In this document: piece after piece, positions 11,609-24,553 of the stretch
How positions within the stretch are numbered: the first letter of the stretch is position 1
Layout: the number at the start of each line of letters is the position of its first letter
NCBI GenBank assembly: GCA_002104945.1
Contig: MCFH01000026.1
Coordinates: forward strand, 248,001-312,000
DNA: 64,000 nt
Reading direction: 5' to 3'
Origin: Piromyces finnis finn
Lineage: Eukaryota; Fungi; Neocallimastigomycota
Program-made: the position numbers and the translations under genes
Notes under the pieces: model-generated
Databases searched by the model: none
What the model was told of the DNA's origin: nothing
What the model saw: the letters and a program-made list of their open reading frames with translations, nothing else

Positions 11609-14600
11609 TTAGATTTTGTGTTTTCTAATACTTTTATTGAATTGAATTAATAATTCTTGATATCTTGGGTCACTTTCTATTACTGTAGCAGGAACCCAGT
11701 GCCAACTTAGGCGGTGTTTATAACGAATTTTATATTCGTAGCGTTTTTCTTTATAATTTGTCCTAAAGTCACCAATTTCTATAATTTCTGCATTAGTTTC
11801 TTTATATTTAAATCTATTTTTAAATTTATCTGGCGTAGATACATAAGGTTCAAGTTCCGATATGTGAAATACAGGGTGGTGTTTTGGAAAAGGTGATTTT
11901 GAAATATCTATTTTATAATTACCATTGTTTAAAACTTCTAAAACCTTGTAAGGACCATACTTGCGAGGCGCTAGTTTGGCATTTTCAGTAGTAGCAAAAG
12001 CAGGAGGTGCATGAATCCAAACTTTTTGTCCTTCATTCAATTCAGGAGCAATAATTCTTTTCTTATCGGCAGCTCTTTTGTATAAATCTTGAGATCTAAG
12101 CAAAACATCTTTAACTAAAAGGAAATTTTTACTAACATCTTTAATGTATTTAAAGTTTGAATCAGAACCTTGAAACAAAAAGACATCATCCATAGGTGGG
12201 TGGAATCCATAATTAATGAAAAATGGAGTTTGTTTTGTAGATTCATGAACTGTATTATTATAAACAAATTCAGCTAGATGTAACCATTCAATCCAGTCAT
12301 CGTGGAAAAATGTTCTTGAATAGCAACGTAAATATTGTTCAATGAAAGAGTTACAACGTTCTACTTGACCAACGGTCTCATGGTGATCTGTGGTAGCTAT
12401 TTTTGGCTTAACACGCAATTTTTCCATAATTTCTATCCATAAAGCACTAGTAAATTGTGTTCCTCTGTCCGTATAAATATCTGTAGGTAGTCCATGGAGT
12501 TTAAAAATATTTTTTAGGAAAGCTTTGGCAGTTTCTTCAGCTGTAGGTATTTCTTTGAACGGAATAAGGTGAATCATTTTTGAAAAGCGATCTACAACAA
12601 CCATTATAACGGAAAACTTTTTTGATTCAGGGAGACCACAAAGAAAATCGATTTCAATAGATTTCCAAGGGCGATCAGGAATTTCTAAAGGTCTTAAAAG
12701 ATCATATCTTTTATGTCTATTAACTTTATTTCTGGAACATTGTTCGCAAGAATTGACAAAATTTACGATATCTTGATGCATTTTGGGCCACCAAAAATTA
12801 CGGTTAATTAGTTCTTCAGTTCTTCGAATACCTAAATGTCCAGCAGTAGCGTTATCATGGTACCTGGTTAAAATATCTACATGAAGTTTTTCTGGTACAT
12901 AAATTAAATTATTATATAAAATTATTTTTTATTTTAAATTTTTCCATTTTTCTGAAAGGTCTGTAAAAGTAACCTTGATTAGCATTATTAGGACTAAAGT
13001 AAAGATAAATATTATTCGCATTTTCATCATCCTTATAATTTTCTATTATTTGATCAATGAGAGAACCAACAATACCAACAAAACATGGAGTATCGGGAAC
13101 GTTTTTATAATCTAATATATGTTCTGGTTTAGGTTCAACATTATTTTTCTCGTAATCAGGTCTTCTTGATAAACTATCAGGTTTACCATTTTTTCTTCCT
13201 TGGCGGTATATTAATTGAAAATTATATTCTTGGAAAAATAAATGCCAACGATGTTGACGTTGGTTTCCGACTTTACCACCTAAGGTGTATAGAAGGTTTT
13301 TATGGTCAGTAAAAACGGTTACTTGGTATTTAGCACCTAGTAATAAATGTCTCCAGGTAGAAAATGCACATTTTATAGCTAAAAGTTCCTTTTCAGTAAT
13401 TGAATAATTTAATTCAGCATTGTTTAAACATCTTGAATAATATGCTACAGGATGTAATTTGTTATCTTCATCCTTTTGAGAAAGTATACAACCAATGGCA
13501 AAATTACTAGCATCGCATTCGACAATAAATGGTTTGGTTGGATCTGGATGTAATAAAATAGGTGAAGAGATTAGTCTCTTTTTTAATTCTAAAAATGAGT
13601 TATTACATTTATCATTCCAATTAAAACTAGTATTTTTCTTTGTTAAATTGTGAAGCGGTTTAGCAATAGTAGCAAAATCTTTTATAAATCTTCTATAATA
13701 GTTGCATAATCCAACAAAGCGTTGAACATCTTTTACACAATTAGGTGTAGGCCATTCTTGGACAGATTTAATTTTCTTTGGATCAGTAGATATACCATTG
13801 CCTGATATAACGTGTCCTAAAAATTCAACTTCTGGCTTGTGAAATTCACATTTCTTTAATTTAGCAAATAAATTATTTTTGAGCAATGTTTGGAGAACAG
13901 TACGAACATGTTGTATATGTTCATCTAATGTTTCCGAGTAAATCAGAATATCATCTAAATATAAAATAACAAATTTTTCTAAATAAGGGCGTAATACTGA
14001 ATTAATAAATGATTGAAATGTAGCAGGGGCATTTCTTAGACCAAAAGGCATTACTAAATATTCATAGTGACCATATTTAGTTCTAAAAGCTGTCTTATAT
14101 TCGTCTCCTTCACGAATACGCACTAAATTGTAAGCAGAACGAAGATCTAATTTTGAAAAGAATTTAGCACCTTTCACTCTTTCGATAATATCAGTAATTA
14201 GAGGAAGTGGGTAAGAATTGCGAATTGTAACTGCATTTAATTTTTTGTAATCAATACAAAGACGTAACGATCCATCCTTCTTTTTCTGAAATAAAACAGG
14301 ATAACCAGCTGGAGATTCAGATGGTCTAATGAATCCTTTCTTGAGATTTTCATCTATGTATTCTTTAAGAACTAGAGATTCATCTTCAGATAGAGGATAT
14401 ATAGGACCATAATGTAAAGAAGCATCTTTTTGTAAAACGATTTTACAATCCGTTAGCCTATGTGGTGGTAGTTTATCAGCCTTAACCTTGCTGAAAACTT
14501 CCGCTAAATCACGATATGGTTCTGGTACTTCTTCTAATTTGAAGTCTTCTTCATTATCATCTTCATCATCAGTATTATAATCTTTTTCACTATTAGCTAA

Positions 14601-15311
14601 AAATGAGTGAATAAAGTAATTATAGCTGAAATTTTGATATTTTGGTTTAGAGCAATTTTTCAAATTATTAAAAGATGTATTGGAAGTTAATTTATTATGA
14701 TTAATGTTTTTAATTTTTAAATTTTTGGATTTATTCAATAGGTTTTTATTAATTTTATATATAATTTTATTAGAATTTAATTTTTTAAAATTGTTAAAAT
14801 TTAAACTTGAATATACAAAATTTTTATTATAATTAAAATGTAGTTGATATTTGTGTAAAAATTTATTGCCTAATAACAAATCTGTTGGAAGATTTTTAAT
14901 AATTAGAAATTTTTCTTTAAAAGTAATTAAAAATTTTGAATGATTAATATAGATAGTAGTCTTAAAATATAAGAAGGTGTATGTATCAATAAATATTGAA
15001 CCACTAATTCCATTTATTTCAATTGAGTGTAATAATTTGTGTGGTTTTAGTTTTAATTTATTGACCAAGTTGATTGAAATAAAGTTGCAATATGAGCCAC
15101 TATCTAAAATTAAATTGTATTGATTTTTATTAATTGAATTTTTTAAATCATAAAGTTTGTTTAATTTAATTGGGATAAAAAATTTTAAGTTGAAAAATGT
15201 TGTAGGCAATTTTTTATTTATTTTAGAGTCATATGTAGGAAAGTTGTAATGTATTATTTTTGTATTATGAACTCTCTTAGACTCTCTTGAGAGTTCATTT
15301 CTTAGTTTTTT
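11609..15311 (-). CDS. Chromovirus pol: protease, RT, RNase H, integrase, chromodomain (one frameshift near 12915)
   Basis: LILDSGS protease, YLDD RT, ECDASN/TDHKNL RNase H, HDNATAGHLG zinc finger, EIDFL..DRGTQF integrase, GPY, and a C-terminal RYEYKIRYKH..WHWVPA chromodomain-like segment. ORFs 12912-15209 and 11609-12781; the pol frame is open back to the slippery site. Confidence 0.92.
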
Positions 15312-16213
15312 GAGTTCATTTTTTGAACTTTATTGACATAATTATTATTATTGTTTGAATTTTGATAATGGGTTTTATTCTTATTGAATTTCCTATTGTT
15401 TCTCTTATTGTAATGTTGATTTTTATTATTATTATTATTGATATTTAATTTATTATTAGTAACAAGAGAATTTTCAAAAATTATACACTTTGTAACCATT
15501 TCACTTAAAGTGTTAGGTAAAATATCAGCTTTCTTAATTTCATTCTTATATTTTGGATGTAAACCATTTAAAAATATTAGTGAAAGACTAATGTCATCTA
15601 TCTCTAAACAACGACTTAAATCTCTAAATTTGTTAATATAATCGTTCACTTTTCCATAAGCTTGTCTTAATTCTATTAATTGAATCATGGCTAATTTGGT
15701 ACTGGTAACATTTGAAAAAGCTTCGTTTAATTCACTTAATAGTTCGTTCATAGTCATAGGAGTAATACCATCTTTATATTTAATATGATACCAAGTTCTG
15801 GCAGAATCACGTAATCTAACAACAACAAAGTTAATTTTTACTTCTTCAGATAGTTGATTGTTAGGTGGAGTTTTAAAGGTAGCTTGGCAGAGTTCGCAGA
15901 ATAACTCAGTCTGAGTAGTATCACCAGTAAAGAATCCTGGATCTGGTACTTGTTTGATAGGATAGGTTCTATTACGCATTATAACATCATGATCTTCATC
16001 ATAATCAGTAGAAGATTCCTCGGTTTCAGTATAATTAGCACGACTCTTAAGTTCCTTTAACATAGCATCCATACGTTCTAACAAGGAGGTGGTATTTTTA
16101 TCCAATTGTTGAGTGATATACTTGTCTAATTCACCACAAAGATTTTTCTTGAATTCTTCTAAATCTTGAGGCTTTAGGAATTGTTGAACTGGTTTAGGTG
16201 TTGGTTGAGTCAT
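15302..16213 (-). CDS. Chromovirus gag (retrotransposon capsid)
   Basis: 303 aa ORF right after the 5' LTR, with gag-type motifs (PDPGFFTG, RLRDSARTW, LRQAYGKVNDYINKF, FLNGL). Confidence 0.9.
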   Translation of the reverse strand: MTQPTPKPVQQFLKPQDLEEFKKNLCGELDKYITQQLDKNTTSLLERMDAMLKELKSRANYTETEESSTDYDEDHDVIMRNRTYPIKQVPDPGFFTGDTTQTELFCELCQATFKTPPNNQLSEEVKINFVVVRLRDSARTWYHIKYKDGITPMTMNELLSELNEAFSNVTSTKLAMIQLIELRQAYGKVNDYINKFRDLSRCLEIDDISLSLIFLNGLHPKYKNEIKKADILPNTLSEMVTKCIIFENSLVTNNKLNINNNNNKNQHYNKRNNRKFNKNKTHYQNSNNNNNYVNKVQKMNSKN

Positions 16214-16281
16214 TTTTTTTTAAATTTTTAAATTAAGTTTTTTCCTAAGGTAGTTATGGTAAAAAACGCGGTAAAGATTAT

Positions 16282-17311
16282 TGTAAAAGTTTTACTAAAC
16301 TTATAATTTAATATTAAAATATCAAATTAAATAAAAGGTTAAAAGATAACTAGGTTAGAAAAAAAATGTTTTATTAAAATAATCTTAATTGATTTATAAA
16401 TGAATAATTAAATTATGTATTATAGTTAAAATAATTCCTTTTTATTTTATTTAAAGAATATATATAATAATAAGATTATTTAATAGTAATACTTATTAAG
16501 TATTAATAAGATAATAATCTTTACAAAGATTTAATTCATAAAACTATTCTAAACTATTTATACTATTTGTAATTTTACATTTAATACTAAAATAACTTTT
16601 TAGTACATGATTATATTCATAATATATTTTATAATACTAAGGCTAAACTTAAGACTTACTACTAATTATTAAAAATAACTATTGTTTATATATTTATAAT
16701 ATTAATTATTTCTTAATTATAATATAATTCATTGAATATAATATTAATAATTATAATCTTTTAATTCAAAGATTATAAGATATGTTATTGAAATAATTAT
16801 TATAAAATAAAGTTAATTAGTTCCGGAAAATAATTTTAATTTAATTAAACAATAATTTTTATACTTTGAGTGAATGATTTATGTTTGATATATCAGGGGT
16901 GATCATTCTCTGAATAAACAATTAATCATTGCTAACAAAATATCTTTAAATTGGAATATCTCGTGAACCAGCAGAGATATTGACCTGATTTTAAGATATG
17001 TTGTTTGTCTCGAGCGTGGCTTTCTAACGAACGTAATTATAACCAAAATATTTTTATTCAAAAATCGTCATTCGTTGAGGAGATACGCGTGTTTTTTCTT
17101 ATTCCATTTTAACGATAAGGGTTAAAGTTATTTATTATAAAAATTATTAAGGGTTAAGGTCATATTTTAACCTTTTCTAAATTTTTAAATATTTCTTAAT
17201 AAAATTTTATAATTTATTTGAAAATAAAATATTTGTTGATTTTGAATTTTCATAAGTGATTTCACAATTCCAAGTGATCTTGAAATTGTAATTTCACTAG
17301 TATTCGTGACA
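16282..17311 (-). repeat. Chromovirus 5' LTR (1030 bp)
   Basis: Direct repeat of 9560-10690. Minus-strand TATAAATA at 16555-16562. Confidence 0.93.
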
Positions 17312-17362
17312 AATAACTATATAAATTTAATATTTTTAACTATATAATTTTATCACGTATCA
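17312..17362. mobile_element. tRNA-proximal LTR terminus (probably the right end of element G)
   Basis: Ends ...TATCACGTATCA exactly 15 bp before tRNA-Cys. Confidence 0.55.
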
Positions 17363-17377
17363 AAAAGATAAGAGAAA

Positions 17378-17449
17378 GGGGTGTTAGCTCAGCGGTAGAG
17401 CAATTGACTGCAGATCAATAGGTCTTCGGTTCAAATCCGGAACGCCCCT
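17378..17449 (+). tRNA. tRNA-Cys(GCA)
   Basis: Acceptor stem GGGGTGT/ACGCCCC with T discriminator, anticodon arm ATTGA-CTGCAGA-TCAAT, GGTTCAAATCC T-loop, and a T5 terminator after the 3' end. Confidence 0.96.
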
Positions 17450-18166
17450 AGATATTTTTGAAAGTAATAAAGCATTTCATAAAAAAGTGAGTTATATATC
17501 ATAAAGAGGAAGGAATGTAAGAGAAAAATTTTTTTATGCTTAAATATTATTGTTATAATATCGTATATAACACCAATAATTTTATAAGTAAATATTTATA
17601 TATAATAAGTTTATTTATTATTTATTATTATTATTTTATTATTATTCAATAACGTCTTTTCTTATATTATGAAAAGAACAACATTTTAATAATAGTAAAA
17701 AATATATATTTTTATAATATTAAATAAAATTATACTTTTCATATAATTAATTTAATTAATACATAAAAATAAATAATATATAATTATATAATTAATTAAT
17801 AGTAAATAAAATATATAAAATTATTTTATTATTTTTTTAACAGAAAGTGATGTAAGTTTTTAAATAAAAATTACAGTAGGATAGAAAACATAAATAACGT
17901 CCTACATAATTAAAAATAAAGTTTTTTTTTTTTTTTTTTAACATGAATACTTATCTTTTTCGCTAAATATTCACAATTAGATACTTCCTATTATATTCCA
18001 GAGTAATTTAAGTTTTTATTAATTTTTAAATTGTAATTTTATTTATTTACTTATTATTTATATGTATTTACTACAAATTACAGATTGAAATATTATTATT
18101 ACTAATATTAAAAAAATATTCATTTTAAAATTTTACACCTCATAAATTTTTTTTATTAATATACAA

Positions 18167-19816
18167 TTAATTACATGTGTTTTTAATTCCACACCATTCG
18201 CCATTCTCTATTCCCCATCTACCGTCATTATCAACATAGTATACAGAACAGGAATTACAACATTGGTAGCCTTGATCTTTTCCTGTACAGGTAGCTACTG
18301 CATTTTGATTATTAGATATAATACCACACCAATTATTATTTTCAAATCCCCATTGACCATCATTGTCAACATAATATACAATATTGCTGTTACAACATGG
18401 ATAACCAAGTTTAATCGAGAAACAACTTTGATTATTGTTTTGATTTTGATTATTATTAATGTTGTTGTTATTATTGTTATTGTTATTTTGATTGTTGTTT
18501 TGATTATTATTAGTAGCATTACTTTGAGCACTCTTTTCACCTAATGTCCATATAGTTTTTAAAGCTTTACCATTTGTGTCAAAAACAGCTTGATTATCCC
18601 ATGAAGTTCCACCAGTTTGTGTTCTACTTGCATCACTATCATATTCTGCTGCTGCTGTTGAAGCCCAACTTGAACCATATTGTTCCCATATTTGTCTTCT
18701 TTCATAATCATTTCTTGCTTTTGGAGCAATCCAAGCTGGTTCCCAATAGAAAGCACCAATACCATTCTTTGTACTTTTTATAGTACTATAAATATCTTTT
18801 ATACATTGTTCTTGACCATCAATACTAATAGGATATTTGAAAACTACATTTTTGGATTTTGAATTAACTGAACCATAAGAACAACCATCTGATGTTTTTG
18901 CTTCATTGGTATATGGATATGAATATTCAGCAATAAGTACTCTTTTACTATATTTATTTGCAACTTCATTTAGTGTCCACTTTAAATTATCAAGTGTACC
19001 ATGCCAATATGGATAATAAGATGTAGAAAAAACATCATAATCAACTCTTCCAGAGGCAAGTTGTGAGGCATACCATAACATAGTATCAGATTTATTTGGG
19101 TTTGTAAAATGAAGAGCAATTAGAATATTTCTATTAATATCACGAACAGCCTTGGCACCATTATTCATCATTTTCATGACATTACTCATATTCTTATCAC
19201 CGCACATAAAGCATGTAGTTTCATTACCAATTTGAACCATAGAAATAAGTGAACCATTTTCCAAAAGCCATTCCAAGCAACCTTTTGTAAATCTATAAAT
19301 TTCAAATACTCTCTTATCAACATCAAAATTCTTCCAATCTTTTGGAATTGACTGTTTGCTTGGATCAGCCCAAAAATCGGAATAATGGAAATCAACAAAT
19401 AACGGAAGACCATATTTAGCTGCTCTACTTCCAATTTCTCTAGCAACTTCAAGATCATTATTACCACCACCATAAGATTTACCACTTGAAGTTTTTGGAG
19501 TGTTCCAGATTCTTACACGAATGCAATTAACGCCAGCATTAGCAAGCATTTCAAATATATCTTGTTGTTGTCCATTAGTATTATAAAAACGAATACCACT
19601 ATTTTCTAAAGATATAATACTTGAAATATCAACACCTCTATAAAAATCAACTTTTTTAATTTGATTTTCATAACTTCTCTTTTGAAGTTTCGAAAACTCG
19701 GTTTCATTCCAATGGTCAATATCTAACCACTCAATATTATTAATATCAAAAGCTTTTGTTGAAATTAATGTAAATAATAATACATTAATAATGTAAATTA
19801 AAAAGCACTTCTTCAT
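18167..19816 (-). CDS. Secreted GH53 endo-beta-1,4-galactanase with two fungal dockerin (CBM10-like) domains
   Basis: Signal peptide; GH53 motifs [30 protein letters not shown] (acid/base), IAEYSY (nucleophile), FYWEPAW; Asn/Gln linker; two CC..YY.D.DG.WG.EN..WCGI repeats. Intronless. Confidence 0.96.
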   Translation of the reverse strand: MKKCFLIYIINVLLFTLISTKAFDINNIEWLDIDHWNETEFSKLQKRSYENQIKKVDFYRGVDISSIISLENSGIRFYNTNGQQQDIFEMLANAGVNCIRVRIWNTPKTSSGKSYGGGNNDLEVAREIGSRAAKYGLPLFVDFHYSDFWADPSKQSIPKDWKNFDVDKRVFEIYRFTKGCLEWLLENGSLISMVQIGNETTCFMCGDKNMSNVMKMMNNGAKAVRDINRNILIALHFTNPNKSDTMLWYASQLASGRVDYDVFSTSYYPYWHGTLDNLKWTLNEVANKYSKRVLIAEYSYPYTNEAKTSDGCSYGSVNSKSKNVVFKYPISIDGQEQCIKDIYSTIKSTKNGIGAFYWEPAWIAPKARNDYERRQIWEQYGSSWASTAAAEYDSDASRTQTGGTSWDNQAVFDTNGKALKTIWTLGEKSAQSNATNNNQNNNQNNNNNNNNNINNNQNQNNNQSCFSIKLGYPCCNSNIVYYVDNDGQWGFENNNWCGIISNNQNAVATCTGKDQGYQCCNSCSVYYVDNDGRWGIENGEWCGIKNTCN

Positions 19817-22453
19817 TTTATTAATTAGAAGATTTGAAAAGTAGTAAAAAAATTAATTTAAAATTGCCTTTAATAATTATTATATAATATATAAAATAAT
19901 ATAGAATAATGTTAAATAATTAATTTGATAAAAATATTGAAATTTATTTATGAAATATTTATATTTGTAACAATAAGAAAAATAGAATAATTCAAGCTAT
20001 TTAAATCAAGATATATATATTTATATTTATATTAGAAAGTAAAATATAATATCTAATATTAATTTAATTAAATTGTTTTTCAATTAAAAAAGTTTATTGT
20101 AAAAAAAGTTTATTTTAATTATTGATTATTGAATTTCTATATAAATAATATAATTATCTATTTATATAAACTTTTTTAAGATTTTTAATTTCTTAAAATT
20201 ATTTTACAAAAGAAAAAAAAAATTATATAAACATTTACATATAGTTTATAAAAAGAATTTTTTTTTTTTAAATATTAATATATTAACTTTATTTTTAATT
20301 ATTTGATTAGTATTATTTATTATAATAACGGTAAAAACTATATATATATTCTAATTTAATAATTACATTCAATATATTATCATATTCTAATTTATTTTTT
20401 ATATTACATCAATATATTATTTTGATTAATTATAAATTATTTTTACTCTGATTTGTGTAACATGTAATTTTCATCTATTTATATTTATAAATGACCATTA
20501 TTCATTTTACTTTGATAACTCACAACAAAACTTGACCATTATTATTTTAATATTCTTTTACTTTACATATTTATAATTTATAATAGATATTAATATTACC
20601 TTTTACTTTTAGCTTAGATTTTATTATATTACAATTAAATTCTTTAATATAATATTGAGGTGCTTTTATATTATTTAATTTTTTTTATTATAAATATAAA
20701 TTTGTTTTTTATTAAAAAAAAATTAAAAAATGAAAGGGCTTTATATTCTATTTATACTTTTTGAAGCAATAATAAAATATATTGTGAATATTCTGACATT
20801 TTAAGCTATTAACAATATTAAATAATTACAATGTTATAATTAAAAAATTAATCTATATATAATTAATATAATGAATACTTTTTAACAATTTTGTTATTTG
20901 TGCCAATCATGGTAAACATAAAATGTAATTTAGTGATATAAATGAAATTTAATATAAATTTTAGTTAGTCAAAATGAACAAAATAAAATTATTATATAAT
21001 TAATAATTTTATTGTATATTATATATTATATACATTGTTAATTATTAATTTTTCTAGTATTAATATATATAACTTTAATTAACAATGAAGTTATTATATT
21101 AACTTCCCTTTTAAATTTTTAGTTGTTATTATCATTATGATTTACTAGTAATAAGGTTATAATACATATAATAATTTAAATTTTTTCCGAAGATTTAATT
21201 ATTTTTTTAATATTTAAATAAGTTTTGTATAAATTAAGGTTCGTTGGTCAATGGAGGACTATTTCTATAAATTTCAAAAACAATATTAAATAAAATTATG
21301 AAAATATGGCCACTAATTTTTATTATTGAAATTTTAATGTGCCTAAAAGTTTTTACACAAAAAGTATATTGTTACGGCGCATATTACTAGGAATTTAGGA
21401 ATATTTAAAAATATTTCTTTTGAATAAATAAATATTATTTCTTATTTTATTTTTAATTTATTGTTATATATATATTATATAGTATAAAAACAGTTACTAC
21501 TGAATAACTCAACTGTAATAAAAAATTATATATAGGTAACAAAATTTATAATTATTAAATTATATTATAATATTTATATAAAAATAAACTTTTTTTTATT
21601 TTCCGTTAGAAAAGTATAAATAAATCAATTATTTTATATTAATGCTTTTATTATTTTTTTAATTGGTTGCATTCTCTTTCAATTCATAATCTAAATTTTT
21701 AACAAAATGAATAATTAATTAAAACTTCTATATAATAATATTTTATGCATTTATATTTATTTATTTAATGTATTAGATATTTTATGATCAAGTCACATAA
21801 TATTTTTAGCATATAAAAGATAAATTTTTATATTAATAATTATAATATTATATATAACACCAATACTATATAAATAAATATTTGTTTAAGAAGTTTATTT
21901 ATTATTTTATATTTATTTATTATTATTTATTTATTAATATTTATTATTATCATAATACAAGTATATAATAACGTCTTTTGTCTTTTCTTATGCATTTAAA
22001 AGAGCTACATTTTAATTATAGTAAAAATATGTATTTATATAATATTTATTAGTAGTTGCCAATTTAGGTTTTAAAATATTGTCAATTTTATTATTCAAAC
22101 TACATGTATTTATACATTTATATTGTGGCTTACATATCTATTCAAATATAATATATACAAATACGTTTCAATACATATGTCATAATGTTTTACATATTCT
22201 AACAATATTAAATAAAATACTTTTCATATAATTAATTTAATTAAAAATAAAAATAAAAATTAAATAATGTATTATTATATAATTAATAGTAGCATAGCAT
22301 ATTATAAAAATTATTTTTTTATATTTCAATAAATATTTTTATCTTTTTAAATAACTATTTTTAAATAATAAAATGTTTCATTATTGAAAAAAGTTATTTT
22401 TTTTTGATAAATTATATATAATTTTTCATACTGTATTAAAAAATAAATTTAAC

Positions 22454-22525
22454 TGGAGATATCGGGGATCGAACCCGAGGCTTCTTGCATGCAAAGCAAG
22501 CACTCTACCACTGAGTTATATCCCC
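22454..22525 (-). tRNA. tRNA-Ala(TGC)
   Basis: GGGGATA/TATCTCC stem with G3:U70, anticodon arm CTTGC-TTTGCAT-GCAAG, GGTTCGATCC T-loop. Confidence 0.96.
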
Positions 22526-22540
22526 AGTACATATTAATTT

Positions 22541-23646
22541 TGATACGCTACTCACATAAAAACGTAATAAAAACTAGCCGAATAAACACGACTTAACCCA
22601 TAGCGACTTATAATAAAAATAAAAGATAATAACCCTTAAAAATGAATAAATAATAATTTTATGGAAATATAACCCTTTCTTTTAAATAAATAATATTCTC
22701 TTTATTAAATAATAAATTATGAATAAAAACGACTTAATAGAGATAATAATAAAATAAATTATTAAATAAAATAAAACGACTCAATCCAAAAATGTATTAA
22801 AATAATAAAATAATAATAAGTAAATAAAAATGAATAAATAAACTAAAAAAATAAAATGATATACATTAAATTATTAATTCTAGTGTTTTATCCAAGTGTT
22901 CTTTAGAAATTCTTTCAAACTTATATATATAAATTAACAAATAAATAACTGAGTAATTATTACTAAAAGTGATTAATTTAAAGCCTGGAAATAGAACAAT
23001 AATAACAATTTTAAAGATAAAATACAGAACTCTTTTATGTTTCTGTATAAAATGTGTTTATATTAATTGATACTTTTAATATTTGATTTTATTAATTTTA
23101 TTTTAATTTTTATTTTAATTTTTATTTTAATTTTATTTTAATATTATTTTAATTTTAAATTTTAATTATTTTATTCAAGGTATTATACATTTAATGATAG
23201 TCAATGATAATTTATAATAATTTTTCTAAATTTAAACATTTTGAAGTAATAAGAAAATCAAATAAGTAATATTCTATAATATTTTATAATACTAAGACAT
23301 AATTTTAATTTATTCTTTTAATTTTAATAAATAATAACAATAGTAATAATAACATTTAATAGTTAAAAATAATAATACATGTAATAAATGAAAATGTATA
23401 AAAGGAAGATAAAATTCTTCTTTATAAAGGGCGGACAATAAATAGACAATAAATAAATTATAAATATAATAAAGAGATAATTTAAACATAATAAAAAGAG
23501 TTTATTTTCGAGTTTTTGAGTGATTTATTTGTTAATTATAAAACATATTTTATTTTATTTTAAATTTATTGTTTCATCATAAATATTAGAATTTATTATT
23601 TATTAAAAATATTATATTATTCAAAAATATATCGGTCAACGCATCA
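22541..23646 (+). mobile_element. LTR-like element, family F (copy 1), 15 bp upstream of tRNA-Ala
   Basis: TGATACGC...GCATCA ends; a second long copy is at 25076-26089. Non-coding. Strand is given relative to the other F copies only. Confidence 0.8.
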
Positions 23647-23649
23647 ATT

Positions 23650-24460
23650 TGATAAATAATGAAATTAATAAATATAAAATTATTATTATACCTGATTTTT
23701 AAGTTAACCCTAAAAGTAACTTAAAACAAGTTATAGTTTAATTAAGTACTTTACCAAAATTCTTAAATAAAATTAATCCTAAACACTGCATATATTTTGA
23801 TTATTGAAAGAAAATAATAAACTTTAATTAATCGAGATCAAAATATATAACTTTTGTTAAATTAATTGTTAAATTAAATATTTAATAACTTCGTTAGTAA
23901 ATTACACTTTAAAAGTAAACAAATATAATAATTCATGTTATAAAATAATATAATTAAACACCTTTATTAAAACATTAAAAATAATTATTACTTTAATTAA
24001 TTGTAAAATAAACAACTTTTTATATTCTTTAACTTTTAATTATTTCTTTTATTGTTATTTCTAATTACTTTTATTACTTTTATTGTAAATAGTTATTAAT
24101 TTTATTGTTTTAATGTAAATAGTTTAAATTCAAAAGAAAATATAAATACATGTAAATATTCTTATTTTAATCATTATTATTATTATTAATAAAGAAATAT
24201 TATATAGTTAGATTAATATTTTATAATTTTAATAATCACTTTTATACTTAAATAAATAAAATTTTAAATATTTAAATATTAGAAAAACAAGTGTTTCTAA
24301 TAAAACAATTTAGTGTTTTAACAAAACAATTTTATTAATTTTTATAAAAACGATTTTAAATCTTAATCAATATAACTTATATAGTTATAACAAAAGATAT
24401 AATATAATAATCACTTTTTGAAGTAAAATTCAAAATTAAGATTATTATCAAATTATATCA
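23650..24460 (+). mobile_element. Solo LTR, family A
   Basis: Near-identical to 1688-2490, with AATT on both flanks. Confidence 0.9.
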
Positions 24461-24466
24461 AATTTT

Positions 24467-24498
24467 TGATAAATAATTAAATTTATAAATTATGAATT

Positions 24499-24553
<55 letters not shown>

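Larger units (their letters stand above)
9560..17311 (-). mobile_element. Near-intact chromovirus-type Ty3/gypsy LTR retrotransposon (~7.75 kb)
   Basis: Two LTRs with TGTCAC...TTACA ends, gag, and pol (PR-RT-RH-IN-chromodomain). PPT ggcggagcga at 10691-10700. No TSD seen. Confidence 0.95.

Noticed and set aside
18263-19485. Short alternative-frame and antisense ORFs over GH53, the pols and the LINE ORFs (e.g. 30491-30691, 37319-37597, 38314-38658, 49228-49573)
   Set aside because: Shadows of real CDSs. They recur only because the host element is repeated, and they show no motifs.
20326-21608. TAACGG...CCGTTA as terminal inverted repeats of a DNA transposon
   Set aside because: Only about 6 informative bp in very AT-rich DNA, with no TSD or transposase remnant.
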